Shown: positions 25,956 through 38,700 of the stretch, in pieces
Layout: each line of letters begins with the position of its first letter
How positions within the stretch are numbered: the first letter of the stretch is position 1
Assembly (NCBI RefSeq): GCF_964355755.1
Contig: NC_092679.1
Span: forward strand, 24,535,432 to 24,599,431
DNA: 64,000 nucleotides
Direction: 5' to 3'
DNA from: Antedon mediterranea
Taxonomy: Eukaryota > Animalia > Echinodermata
Made by a program: the position numbers and the translations under genes
The notes under the pieces: model-generated
What the model was told of the DNA's origin: nothing
The model's database searches: none
The model's input: only the letters and a program-made list of their open reading frames with translations

Positions 25956-27320
25956 TCACACCGATTTATGTGAACATGTTTTTTTATCGTCTTCGATGTC
26001 CATATAGACCGATTCGATGTCCAAATCTGTAGGAACTTGTATGCCTACTGTACGCTTCCATTCATTACAGTCGCAGTTGTTTATTGAAGGGGCAATACTG
26101 TCTTTGGGAACAAAATATACCTCTGGCTGTGCAATTCTGTATCCTGAGTTTGTAATTGGATGATGCCTTTGTATTTTACAGATTTGAAAATAACATAGTA
26201 ATATTCCAATAAGTAGAGCAGTAATCATTAATGTACTTCCAGCAATCAGTAACATGGTTGTAGAGTTTATAGACGAACTGAGACCACTGCGCGTATTTTG
26301 ACCAGAACCTACCTTTTCCGCAATAATAGTTGGACTAGAAAAGTAGGAATGTGTAAATATTTGAAGTTCTTTCAAGCTGCTTCCAATTGAATTAGATACC
26401 TCACATTTGACCCTTGTGCCATTATATCTAGATCTAATTTTGATTCGCAATACTCGATCCTCGTTTTCTATGCTATAATAGTCTGGTGCAAGAGGTGGGT
26501 CAAATGACCACAGAAACAGCGTAGGGTCAGGGTTTGCCTCTGCACTGCAAACAAAAAGTGCTTCTTTTCCAACATTATAAAACACATCTCCTTTTATTTT
26601 GACTTGTGCCGGTTTGTATTTCACTGCTATAGGACCAGCGCTACAATTCCTTATGTCTGATTTGTCAGCTGGGGTTTTTTGAGTGCAAATAAATGTCTTA
26701 CCATCATGTTCTCGATCAGCGGTGAATGTATATCTGATCATAATATTGCCATTAAAGTTGTCCTCAGTTGTTCCCTCAAGTATTGTGTTCTCATATATGA
26801 GGACAATTGAGGGTTTGGGATCAACATCTTCTGTTGTACACGTTACCGTTACTTTATCTTTTTCCTCAATGTAACTTGCTCTGCTTGTTGAGCATTTTGG
26901 AAACTGTAAAGATGGAACTTGTTTTATTTTCAATGTACATGATTTTGAACGAAGGACCTGTACATCACCTTTATAAACGGCACACATAAATGTATGGTCA
27001 GCGTCCGACATCCGTACCGGTTTAATGTAAAGCGTGTTCATCTGTCCCGAAGTATTTATCTCAACTTTGTAACGTTTGTTATATTGGTCATTTAATAGTT
27101 GCTCACCTTGACTAATCCTGGTTTCATCTCGCATCCATGATATAACCATATCATCTTCTAGTCCTTCAGCGTAGCAACTTAACAAAGTCTTGGTTCCTTC
27201 GATAGCGTCATTATCGGCTGGTTGTAGACTAAAACGTAAATTAGGCCTACTCGCGGACACAAATATTAATGTTCCTAATAATAATAAGATCGTGAAGAAA
27301 ATTGAACAAAGCGGAATCAT
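25956..27320 (-). CDS. Intronless type I membrane Ig-superfamily protein (3 Ig domains; KIRREL/nephrin/CADM-like architecture), 454 aa
   Basis: Signal peptide MIPLCSIFFTILLLLGTLIFVSA; Ig Cys/Trp patterns LSC..ISW..DADHTFMC, VTC..HDGKTFIC, FVC..FLW..YNGTRVKC; transmembrane MLLIAGSTLMITALLIGILLCYF; ~75-aa tail with tyrosine motifs. Confidence 0.85.
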   Translation of the reverse strand: MIPLCSIFFTILLLLGTLIFVSASRPNLRFSLQPADNDAIEGTKTLLSCYAEGLEDDMVISWMRDETRISQGEQLLNDQYNKRYKVEINTSGQMNTLYIKPVRMSDADHTFMCAVYKGDVQVLRSKSCTLKIKQVPSLQFPKCSTSRASYIEEKDKVTVTCTTEDVDPKPSIVLIYENTILEGTTEDNFNGNIMIRYTFTADREHDGKTFICTQKTPADKSDIRNCSAGPIAVKYKPAQVKIKGDVFYNVGKEALFVCSAEANPDPTLFLWSFDPPLAPDYYSIENEDRVLRIKIRSRYNGTRVKCEVSNSIGSSLKELQIFTHSYFSSPTIIAEKVGSGQNTRSGLSSSINSTTMLLIAGSTLMITALLIGILLCYFQICKIQRHHPITNSGYRIAQPEVYFVPKDSIAPSINNCDCNEWKRTVGIQVPTDLDIESVYMDIEDDKKTCSHKSV

Positions 27321-30300
27321 ATTGATTATATGTTCCTGTTTGTTACCTTTACCATTTAAAAGTAAGACATCTTAAAGTATAATATTCGTTGTATCAAAAC
27401 ATAATAAGAGTACGGTAGCTATCTGTCACTTGATATTTTACGTTCTTGATCAATAAGAAGACTGTTGTCGTATACTCACAAGATGTTGCAAGAGCAAATG
27501 TTTTAGTTGACAGAGCAGTTAATTTATAAGAGCTGTTCTATGCCATTATCCTAAAAAGAAGATAATGAAATTACAAACGTTTTTCCTAGCTATCTTCATA
27601 GATAGTCGGCGCCTGGCCAATCGAATAATCTCTCGCGTGAAACTCAACAAACATATTCTCAGAGGATCAATTAAGCGGAAAAGCATCTTCAAGTAAGCTG
27701 CAGCTGTCATGATATGTATTTTGTATTCGGAAGAAAGACTTCTATGAATCACTGAAATTGTATATACATATATAATAAGATATGTGGGTGTGTGTGTGTT
27801 TTTCTAATACATTTTTCTACAATTTATATGGTACCAAATTTATCGGTTATAATTGCAGTTCGAATATTTACAACAGAAATGAAATTTTACAAAAGTTATA
27901 TTTTAAAATCATTATTATAATAAAATTTAAAAAAAACAATATAGGATAGATTATTAGCAGGTGCCCATGAATATATGTTTTATTTGTTTTTTAATCGAAG
28001 TAGTGGGGTTTATAGTTTTTAAATAATTTTATTTTTAGGCCTATTCATATTATTTGTTATTAAAATGTTAACTTATAGTTAATGATATTATTATTAATAT
28101 CATAATCATCAATATAGAATAGAATTTTAGCAGGTGGCCAATATCATCCTTTTTTTATTTCTTTATTAAATCGAAGTAGTGGAATTTAATTTTTAAATAA
28201 TATTATTTTGTTTGTTATTCAAGTGATTTTGTTAAAAATGGTTAAGTTAAGATATATTATTAATATTTTTATCATCATCATTATCATCATTATGTATTTA
28301 ATTAAAGCGCATGACGAGTATCAATGTATATATTGTGTTGTGGGGCGGGGTGGGGGCGCATAATTTAAGATGCTGTCATGGAAGCCCATTTTCGACGCAA
28401 ACCTACAAAGTTGTACATACTTTAAGATTCCCATTATTGGAACCCAAGACTCGAGAATGTATACAACAATCTTAACCAGCCAGAAAAAGTAAATACATGT
28501 TTACAATTGATTAAATGAAATAATAATAATAATAATTAATATTGTTATTTATTTATTTATATACCGCCTAATGTTGTGAAGCCTCTAACCACTGAACATC
28601 AATAATACTGTATATTATACCTATGGTAGGTTTATTGGAATTTATTAATAAATACCTATTATGTAATTATGTGTTTCGTTACGTTTTATGATGAAAAGCA
28701 ATGTTTTCCCAGGTGGATGATCAGCAATTAACGCCCCAGGGATTACTTGTTGTTCTCCTCAGACAACAATAATAATTATTATTATTAATTTCCATTCTAA
28801 CACTGTATTACATAATGAATAAAAATGAACGAATACACCGAAAATACAATATTAGCCATAAGGTACATTTTCCGACTATTACCGTACTAATTAATGAGGT
28901 AGCTGGATTATACATTATTAATATTAAAAATAGCAGTTATCGAGGAGAAAGGCAATTGTTGGTTTATCCAGGTAAGCTGGCACGAAATAGACTATCGTGA
29001 CCAATAATTGTTACTTGACGCTTTGAAAAACTTATAATAATGTAGGCCTAAGCCTAACCCTATGTCGAAAAGGACATTCTTACAATCTATAATGATAAAT
29101 CTCTCTAAAAGCAGACTAGATCCTCCTATAACAGAAGTATAGTGTGAATAATTATCAAAAATGAAATATTTAATTACCATGAAATTAAATGAATGAAATT
29201 TAAAAAATGTCGATAAATGCAAACCGTGTTAGGGCGATATTTAAATTATATATTATAAACATGATTTTTAGGTGAATAAAATTGTTCAAATGACACTCAA
29301 AAATATTTATCATAACATATATGGCTATCGTAATGTTATTTTTTAATTTGAAATATAAGATAAAGAGAAACATGATTATATTAAGGTGTTGGAATTTTAA
29401 ATATTTACATTGTATTTACATATTGTTTGTTCTTAGTAAGTAATATTTATTGATTGCCAAGAACAGTACAGTTTATATAACAGCATAAAAAATGAATGAA
29501 AATAAATACATAATAATATACACATTCAACTTGGTTAATTAAACATGGAAAGCAAGGAATAACCCTTTAAGCCCAAAGGCTTGTTTCCATAGGGATCCCC
29601 ATCAAAACGCATTGATACAATGAAAATACAAAAATATAGATCTTTTATTATTTATCTTATATTACAAATAAATGTTAATAACAAATTCAACTTATGCTAA
29701 GTTCTGGCTAACATTATCATTATAAAAATATATACCATTATTTATTGCGTGTTTTTAGCACTGAACATCAATACGCACTTCAGTATAAGTTTGGTTAGGT
29801 CTATAATTTTGATCAGAATCTAAATACTGTATTTTAAAGAGTTAATCTCAAGTATCTCAAGGGATATGATAAACGATTGTCGTTTGGGGAATACGTTTGC
29901 ACAGGCCCGAGAACGACAACCTATCAACGTCACATTAAGGATGCAGCTCTTTATTAATGGTTATTGTCTTTCTTATCCTATCTATTATCTTTAATTTATT
30001 TTCGTGACATTTAAAAATATACCTGCTCCACATAGAGAGATTGCCCATATTTATTTTATGATTATTATTTGTATTGTTATCAATGTTTATAATAATTAAT
30101 AATGTAATCAGTTAAATCATCGAAATTATACAAAACATATATAATATTCATCATTACGTTGCATTTTGTTTTGGTGTAGCTAAAAAATCACCAATGTTTT
30201 GGTGTAAATAAAAAATGATATTACGAAAGAATGTAATTATATAAAAAAAATGTATTAAATCTATAGAAAATAAGGGATCTTTCTTTCTTCTATACTATTG

Positions 30301-30989
30301 CCTGATGTATAACACGTTAAAACTGTATAGCATCGAAGCACCATTTAAAAAAAAAATGGCTTATTTTACGATGATCGGTCTGTTTTACTATACCGACGAA
30401 AATTAAAGGCGGTTATTATCAAAATTGTTTAATACAAATAATATAAACGTTATACTCGGAGCTACCCTTTAAAGTTGCTTAATTTACTACACTGAATCTT
30501 ACTAATAGCTTAAAACTCTGGAATATACTGATGTATGTGTGATATAATGTATAAATAAGGTCGAAAGTGAACAGCAAGCACACACATACTTGTTAATTAC
30601 AAGACAATGTGTAAAGGTACAGATTTTAATCATGTGTGATTGCTAAGTGCTTTCAAACCAAACATAATAATAAATTACTTGGTTTATCTTTTATTATAAG
30701 AGCAAACTTTGCTGTAAATGAATTGGATATTATAACAAAGGCCGAAACATTTTTTAAATTATAATTTTTTAAATAACTGTAACGTACTGCCTTACAGAAG
30801 TTAAAGATTTTATAGAAAATGAGTAGGCCTATGGCCTATGTGTAATTTATATTTTGAAAAATGTTTTTATCTGGTTTTTATATTAACTATATATGTAGGC
30901 CTATATTTATTGTTATTTTATAGTTGCGTTAATGAGATTGGAGGCCTATTAAGAACACTGTAAAGTAGTTGAAATATATAAAAACTGGC

Positions 30990-31555
30990 ATTAACCACCA
31001 CTCAGCTGGGACGGGTTGTGAACTGAGTAAATGCCGTCGATCGACTCAAAAGGCTCCTATCCATTGTGCCATTCACCTCACCAGACCGCACTTATTGTTA
31101 TGTCATGGCAAGTGTGGCAAGTAAGCTAAAACCTCCAAGTAACCATTTACGACAAAATACAGTTCTCCTGAGAGTGGAAGGATAGGTAGGAGAATAGAGT
31201 GTGACAAGAATCTTAGGGTTAGCTAGGACAGGATCTCAAAAGGAATTTATAATTGATAAACATATTAGCATATACGATCTCAGGAGAAACCCGCATTTGT
31301 GAATTAGAAAAAAACAAGTTATAAATTGGACATTATCGGCTTGTGTAAAAAACGAAGTGAAAGTATAATTATAAACTCCAAAGTGTGAATATGCTGTAAG
31401 TGATGGCGGTGACTTTAATTGATGCTATAGTAGGCCTAGTTGGGAGAAGAAAGACGTCTGGATTTTGAAACTTAGCTAGAACTTGAAAGTAATGAATAGA
31501 TTTTTCAACAAGCCAATCCCGTAAATAGACGTGGAGAAGTACAAAATGGAGAAAA
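30990..31555 (+). mobile_element. Degenerate LINE 5' fragment (RTE-like APE endonuclease)
   Basis: Broken frames give INWTLS/WDIIGLC-like and NLKVMNRFFNKP..TWRS, resembling RTE endonuclease motifs; multiple frameshifts. Confidence 0.5.
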
Positions 31556-32726
31556 GAAATACATTGTTTCTGTTAATTAAACTTTTACATTTTCTATCTT
31601 CTTCTCATATTGTTGTTGTGTTGGTGAAAAAGGATGATAACATTATTCCTTCCCTGAATTTCTAGGCCTTCCCCGCATGCACCCCGAACATGCAATAAGA
31701 AACATTCAACAAATGTCTATCTATCTTATAATGTTTCAACAAGGTTAAACAAATGTGATTATGAAAAACATCTTATACATTGTATTGTGTATGATAATCA
31801 TGTTGACCTTTTGCAGATATATGAAACACTCAGTGGGCCTATTACTGTATCGTGAGAGTTAATGAATGCGGTAGTTCATCACATTAAAAAGACAATAATT
31901 GTCTCCTATTATACAGACTCGGCTAGATTGCTTGTTTCACTTCTAATGTAAAATCAATTTACCGTTGCAAGTTTTTTTTTATGATATGTATCTGCTTTGA
32001 GTAGAAAGCCTACTTACAGGTTGGCAAACAATTCACATACAGTGGTGATTGTTTAGTTAATCCGAATAAGATACTCTTGTTTGGTGTAACAATAAAACGT
32101 TTATTTGGTTAGATTTGATTAGAGTCTGATGTCCAGCTGAAATAAAAACTCTTAATGACGTATAGTTAAACACTATTTCTTAATTTATCTATCATAGACC
32201 ATTTGTCAGAACAATAATTTATATACAGTTCTAAATTAAAACTTAAAAGATATTTGAATCTGATATAGTGTGGATGCTGAACCACCTCTGCCCCACTATG
32301 ACTGGAACAGAAATAAAACGTGTTTTTGGTAACCGGGAACATAATAATGATGTCCTCTTCCTATCTTCGAAAATCTAAGATAGTTCAAAAGAGTCACCTA
32401 ATCAAAATGACACCCCGAAAGAATAATCTTTATATTAAAAAACCGTAACCAGTTAGCGAGTTATTTTGATTTATGTAGGGCTTTTGCTTTTTTAATTATT
32501 TCGGCGTTTTCAGCTGGGCTCAGGGGGTGTGTTGCCTGCACCACTCACCCCATCTAAAAGAGACATTGCTCAAAAGGCAGTCACCGCGTTCCATACTCAT
32601 TTTGGACAAAAAAAAACAGGGGCGTAAAAAAGTGGGCTGCTGCCCTGACCTGGTTGTTGTAACGACGTCAAGCTAGGCTAGTTGTTTCCTGCAGCCGAGT
32701 CAGCAGCAGCAGTGTCCGTCGTCATA

Positions 32727-35700
32727 ATGGAACGACTAAAAATTATCACTTCTCATCTGAAGAATAGAAAAGAAGGCATCGTTGTATCCTTCAGTTCAAT
32801 TGTAGATCTAGGCCTAGCCTAGCTAGGCCTCCTAGTAGGGGGTAGCTAGGCCTACTAGGTAGGCGTTGTGGCTAGCGTATCCCGCGTTAGAGGCCTGGAC
32901 CTACTATGGTATAGCCTAGGCTATATGGAAGGCCTAGGCCTAGAGATTTAGGCTATGCATGGATACCTTAATGGCCTAGGCTAGGCCCTACTAGGCTATA
33001 TAGTACTAGCTAGGCTAGGCCTACTGCTTGTTTGGATTTTTTGGGTGTTTTCTTTTTGAGGTTTTTCCATAGCCTAGCTAGCCTAGTAGGGCCTAACTAG
33101 CTAGCTAGGCGGCGATGATTTTCGTGCATGACGAACATCGGTGATCGCAATACATTCTTTTCGTTTACAAACACCGTTCATCATCTTCCTTCATTTTACA
33201 ACTTATATTGGATATTTGTTCTTATTTTATGTGGAAGAAATAAATGTTGATTTGAATTGAATTAAATTTAACTGTTTGTTGTAAGCCGCATATTGGTTTT
33301 TTATTTATACGTACATTTAAACAACATTTTTCCAGCCCTTCAAAGGTGGACGCACCATTTAGGTTTTTTTACGTAACCATGCATCATTAAAGTGACGACC
33401 TCTCCTGGGGGTCGTACATAGTTGCTAATAGAATAATTGAATAATTGTTTTATTCCCTGGTATTTAAGTCAGAATTTTATAACACTACAGACAATAAACA
33501 TACAATGATTTAAGCAATCGCTGTATGAGGACACAAGTCCAAAAGCAACAGCAACTTTATGAATTAACTCATAGTACATGGGAGGTCTTTTTTATCCAAT
33601 GAGAAGCGTTTTAATATAGACATTTGGTTGGTGTTTAGAAGGGCCCTGCGTCACCCAAACAATGTTATGCTAGGCATTAATATCACTCATTTGCACTTGT
33701 TTAGTTTTATTCGGCAAATAAATCAGTAATTTATTACAGTAAACAAACGAAATGTCATTAGACAAGACAACGGTTGGTGACACAACTAAACAAACATGAT
33801 GACAAAGATGTGGATTTCAAATGTTGCTGCAAGAGTTGTATTATTAACTATTTGGAATCTTTAATTTTGGAATTTGTATTCATAGATTAATTGTAGACCA
33901 AAAAATAAATTTATAACACATATATAAAGTTCTTGTCATTTGATTAAAGCGTATTGGTCACATGATATTTAATAACAATGTTGAACTTTGTTATATGTCC
34001 ATTCAATCTTGTCACACAATGAGCAACCACGTCACGTGCAATAGGCTAGACTGGTGATTGATCGGGTTCAAAAATTAATCTATTCATCCATCCGGACACT
34101 CCAGCCCTTATCAGGAGAGTTAAACAAAACAATTTAATTAAAACAATTAAAAAACTGTTCAGTTTACATTAATTTACAATATCGTTAGCACAATAACAAC
34201 AGGGAGCAGAATTGCCATAATTATATAAAATACATTATTTTACGGCGATAAACATAAGATAAGAAAATGCAGTTTTGCTTGATACAGTAGCCTTGTTTAC
34301 ACGGCATAACATTTTGTTTAATTAACATTGTTTGTTTTCAGTTTCCTGAATGTTAACTTGCAAACACAATGCAATTGTCACATGATTGGCGTGTAGCTTC
34401 ATTTATGTATGGAGAGATACTGTATACTACTACAGTGATAACACCTTGAACCGCTGGCCTGGCCTGCAGGTTTTGCACAGATCCCACGGGTGGCTTTTGT
34501 ATAAATTCTTTGAGTTTTCATCTGTTACTATGGTAATACATGTGTTCATAGTAACAATGTGTAATGTTTCCCTCATCGGAAGTGAATAAGACTTAACTGT
34601 ACAAAAACTACAAGATATAGTAATCATAGACACATCTTGATAGCTTCTAGCCTATTATTGGGTGCACTTAAATGTTAAATGCTGAAATGTAAAAAAAAAG
34701 CAATTCACAAGTATTAAAAACATCACCATTGTCATTCTCATACACTTGTAAGGTTATGTTGAACAGCATAAAGTAAGGTTGACGAATTATAAGCTTTTGC
34801 ATGTGAACAGTGGCGTTGTTAACACTCACTACGCCACGTCGTCAGGCAATAAAAACAAGCTATTGCTCAGAAATGCTCTGCTCTTCGATCTAAAAGAGCA
34901 GAAATGTTTATTTGAAAGAAAATTAAATATATGGTAAAAAACCAATCTTGAGTGACTTTCAGAATAATTTAACTCACAGGAATTTGATATGGCCATATTT
35001 CAATTTTCACATTTATTTTTATTCTGGTCTTCAAGCTTAACCGTAAACTGAAGAAATTCGGATTATACCCTCCACGGACCCACGGCAGCCAGCAGTGCAG
35101 CGCCTACCAGATCAGCACACTGAAAAAAAAAATATATATATTGTACCCCAAAAAACATAAAAAATCAAGATGGCATTGTCTCGTTGCTAAATTAATTGTC
35201 TTTCTTTTTTTTTGACAAAATTAGTTAATGTTAATTAATATATTTTCACTGAATAGTCTTCAATTGTTTTCCTTTCACGATGGTTGCATCACAGAAGCAC
35301 AATGAAAATATCAATCCTCGAAACGATGCATGCTGGTACAGAAGTATTTATAACAGCATGCCACATAAATTATTATAATCAACTTATTTTGAAGCATTTA
35401 AATTATCGCAATTAGGCCCATGGTATTTGATTTTACATAACATGCAGTTTTTGACCTTAATTAGATAAAAAAAAACGTAGGGAAAGTGTCTTTAAAAGCA
35501 GAGTAAACATTAGACTAATATTGTGTATTATTTTGTGTTCACTCTGTTTTTTCGATTGTTATAACATTGTTTTTAAATTCACCAGACATGAATGTATAAA
35601 TGTAGTTAGTTCAACAATGTAAATATGCTTGTAAATCATTGTTATGCTAATATTATTATATATTATATTATGAAATATTTAGTAGACGGCAGTTAAGATA

Positions 35701-38700
35701 CAAAATTATGTATTTAATCAACATTAGATTTAACAACCATGTCCCCAGCCAATGATTTGATTTTTGTGCATCTCATTGAAAAATGAAACTGGAATATATT
35801 ATAAAATTTCAACAAAATTACAGCAAAGAACATTAGAAAGTAAAAAATATAAAAAAAAAATGAACTTAAATACAATTAGGTCCTAAAAAAGATATAGAAT
35901 AACAATTAACATAACACAACAGTATTATAGTTTAAAATATATAAACTGTATGTATGCTGAATACAAACTAAAAATTAATATAGTTGATTCACTTTCAAGG
36001 GCTCTATTTGTAAAATGTTCCTCTATAGATTTAGAATGTGTTATTACTATGGGTAATTAGGCATTCTTAATTGCAGAATATAAACGTCTTATGAGCAGCT
36101 GCTTTTTTTTTCTTGAAAATTAAGATTGCTCCCTCTGGTATTATTAGATCAGTGGTATTCATTAACATGTGAAAAATAGGATGTTTAAATGGACAATGGA
36201 CCTGTTTCTGCTGCAAAGAAAATACCATATAGGGTATGTTTATACTGTCATTTTTGTGAGGCAGCAGAAATATATCAAACATTTCTATTTATATAAAAAG
36301 ATTTAATTTAAATTCCTTTTAAAGATTTCTTTTTTTTGGCACCACTACTTGTAAAATTTGTTTTGTGGTTGCCCTAATGTTTCGTTAGCTTTTAAGAAGT
36401 TACTTATCTTTATTTATTATTGTACTGCTTAACTTGAATTGAAATTTAATAAATATCAAACATTTCTATTAAAAATGTTATATTGGTGATAATATGCAGC
36501 AGAAACAAGCCCAGTGATACATTTGTCTTTTTCTTTAACTTAACGGTACTTAAGTCTGTATCTCCAGTGGCTGCCTCTGTGGGACAACATTGGAATAACA
36601 TTGAGTATGTGTTAAATAACAACTTGCTACTGACACCGCAGCAGTGTAATGCTTATCAGAAAGATGGATTTGTTGTGATCAAAGGCTTGGTAAAGGATGA
36701 CAAAATTGATGAATTTTGGTAAGCTTTAAATATTTTAATATGTTTAATTGAAAGCTGCGTTCACCGTTAATTGAAAATTCCTTTCATCGTTAATTGATAA
36801 CTTTGAATCTTTTTAATATGTGAAGCATATCATTATCTGACTAAATAAGTTTTTCATGTTATTATATTATTATGTATGAAAAATTAGAACTAATTTCCCA
36901 GAGTAGTCAATTATAAAAATGAGATAATTCGGAACTCTTATTGCTCTTATTATATGATATTAAAGTTCAATCTATCTATCTATATACTTCTTTTTCCTAA
37001 ACCACTCTACCTAATTATTTTTCTTCTTTAAAGACAAAATAATAATAATAATATCCTGGATTTATATAGTGCATAATGTTGTAAAACAGTTACATTTAAC
37101 AAAAACTCATTGTCTGACAAGACAATTTACCTACTTATTTTTTCAGGTAAATAATTTGTTTGGTGAGTCCAATTTTTGGTCAAAGTGAATAATTACAATT
37201 TTAACACAACAATTTTTTTCAGAGAGATATTATATCTTTAATAAATTTATGTATATATTTGAAGATTTTTATTTTAATTCATTGAATATAATGATAATAT
37301 TTTATGTTAATTTTTTTATCTTATCATTTTCCATTTTGGTGAGCCACCAATCATGTGGATTGTTTAATTCTTTTCTTTTGTACTGTCTTGTTACAGTAAA
37401 TATTTGTATAATCTACTTTTATGATGAAATAAAAGAAATTAAATCATATTTTTATTGTCATATTTCTTCTTTGTTTAGTTTTATGTACGGTTTAGGCGTT
37501 CTGAATTATTATAAACTTTCATTTCAACCTTTGGTTGTTTTGAGTATTTTATACCAGTCAATTAGATAAAATCGTATTTTTCCTTTGACAGTTCAGAGTT
37601 TAAAGATATTTGTAGCGGCAAAGTTAAAGTGCCCGGTTTGACTGTCATGAAAGATGTCTCCATAGCGAGGTCAGAGTTCGTTGAAGGAGAACGTGCTATC
37701 ACCAAAATACAAGACTTCCAGTTTGACCCAGTTTTGTTTGATTTCTGTACACTTCCAGAGGTGATGAAAACATTGTCTTTATTGAATATTAAAAACATTA
37801 TCTCTGGTTACATCTTTAACAAAACAATGTATGTAATGTAGCCTGTCACTGTAATCAGGTGTAATCATGTGGTAGTTAGTGTACTATCCTCTCCCTCAAG
37901 GTATTACACTTGCAAGCATATATCACATGTAATTATCTATTCCTCTCAAACGCCAACAACATCATGATAATCACCAGTTTTTCTTTAACCTTTGTTCCAT
38001 TGTAAATAGTGAAAAGGTCATTTCAAACAAACATACATGACAGATTACAAATGAAGACAAAAGAATATTTATAGTTTTTGTTGCAATTAGTGTCAGATAT
38101 AGCAAGCTATGACGGACATTAATATGTCAATTTGAGATGACATGTTGAGTTTGCACACCGCTCCTGTTAAGTCTACACATTGTGTCAAGTTTACATATGA
38201 CTTTATTCGAATTTACACACCGATTGTGTCAAGTTTACAGTTAACAGACCTCCTAACTCTCCCGATAATGACTCCCAATATTTTTAGTCTTCTCCCGTTC
38301 TCCCTATAAAATGCAGATTCCTTCCGATATTTTTGATTGCCAAACAAATATCCCGATATAATATTGATCTCTAAAGATTGTTTAATAAGTTATGTAATGA
38401 GTTGGTATCTTTCTACCTTTGGCATGTATTATAACTACCAATACTTTAAATGTTCTATTATAGTTGACACATTGTTCTGTAACACCTCCCAATATTTAAT
38501 TTTCTCAAGTTGAGTGGAGTAAACATCTCACTATTGAATACTTGAAATTAAAGTTGAGAACGTTGGTCATTGTTTACAATGTCGTTCATGTTGAGTGCTC
38601 ATATCAAGATTTTAGACATGTGCTCTCAATTTGACCTAGTTGTGCTGTAATCGAGTATCTTTTAGAGATATAATCATTTTTTTTTATATCGGTTTTTTCA

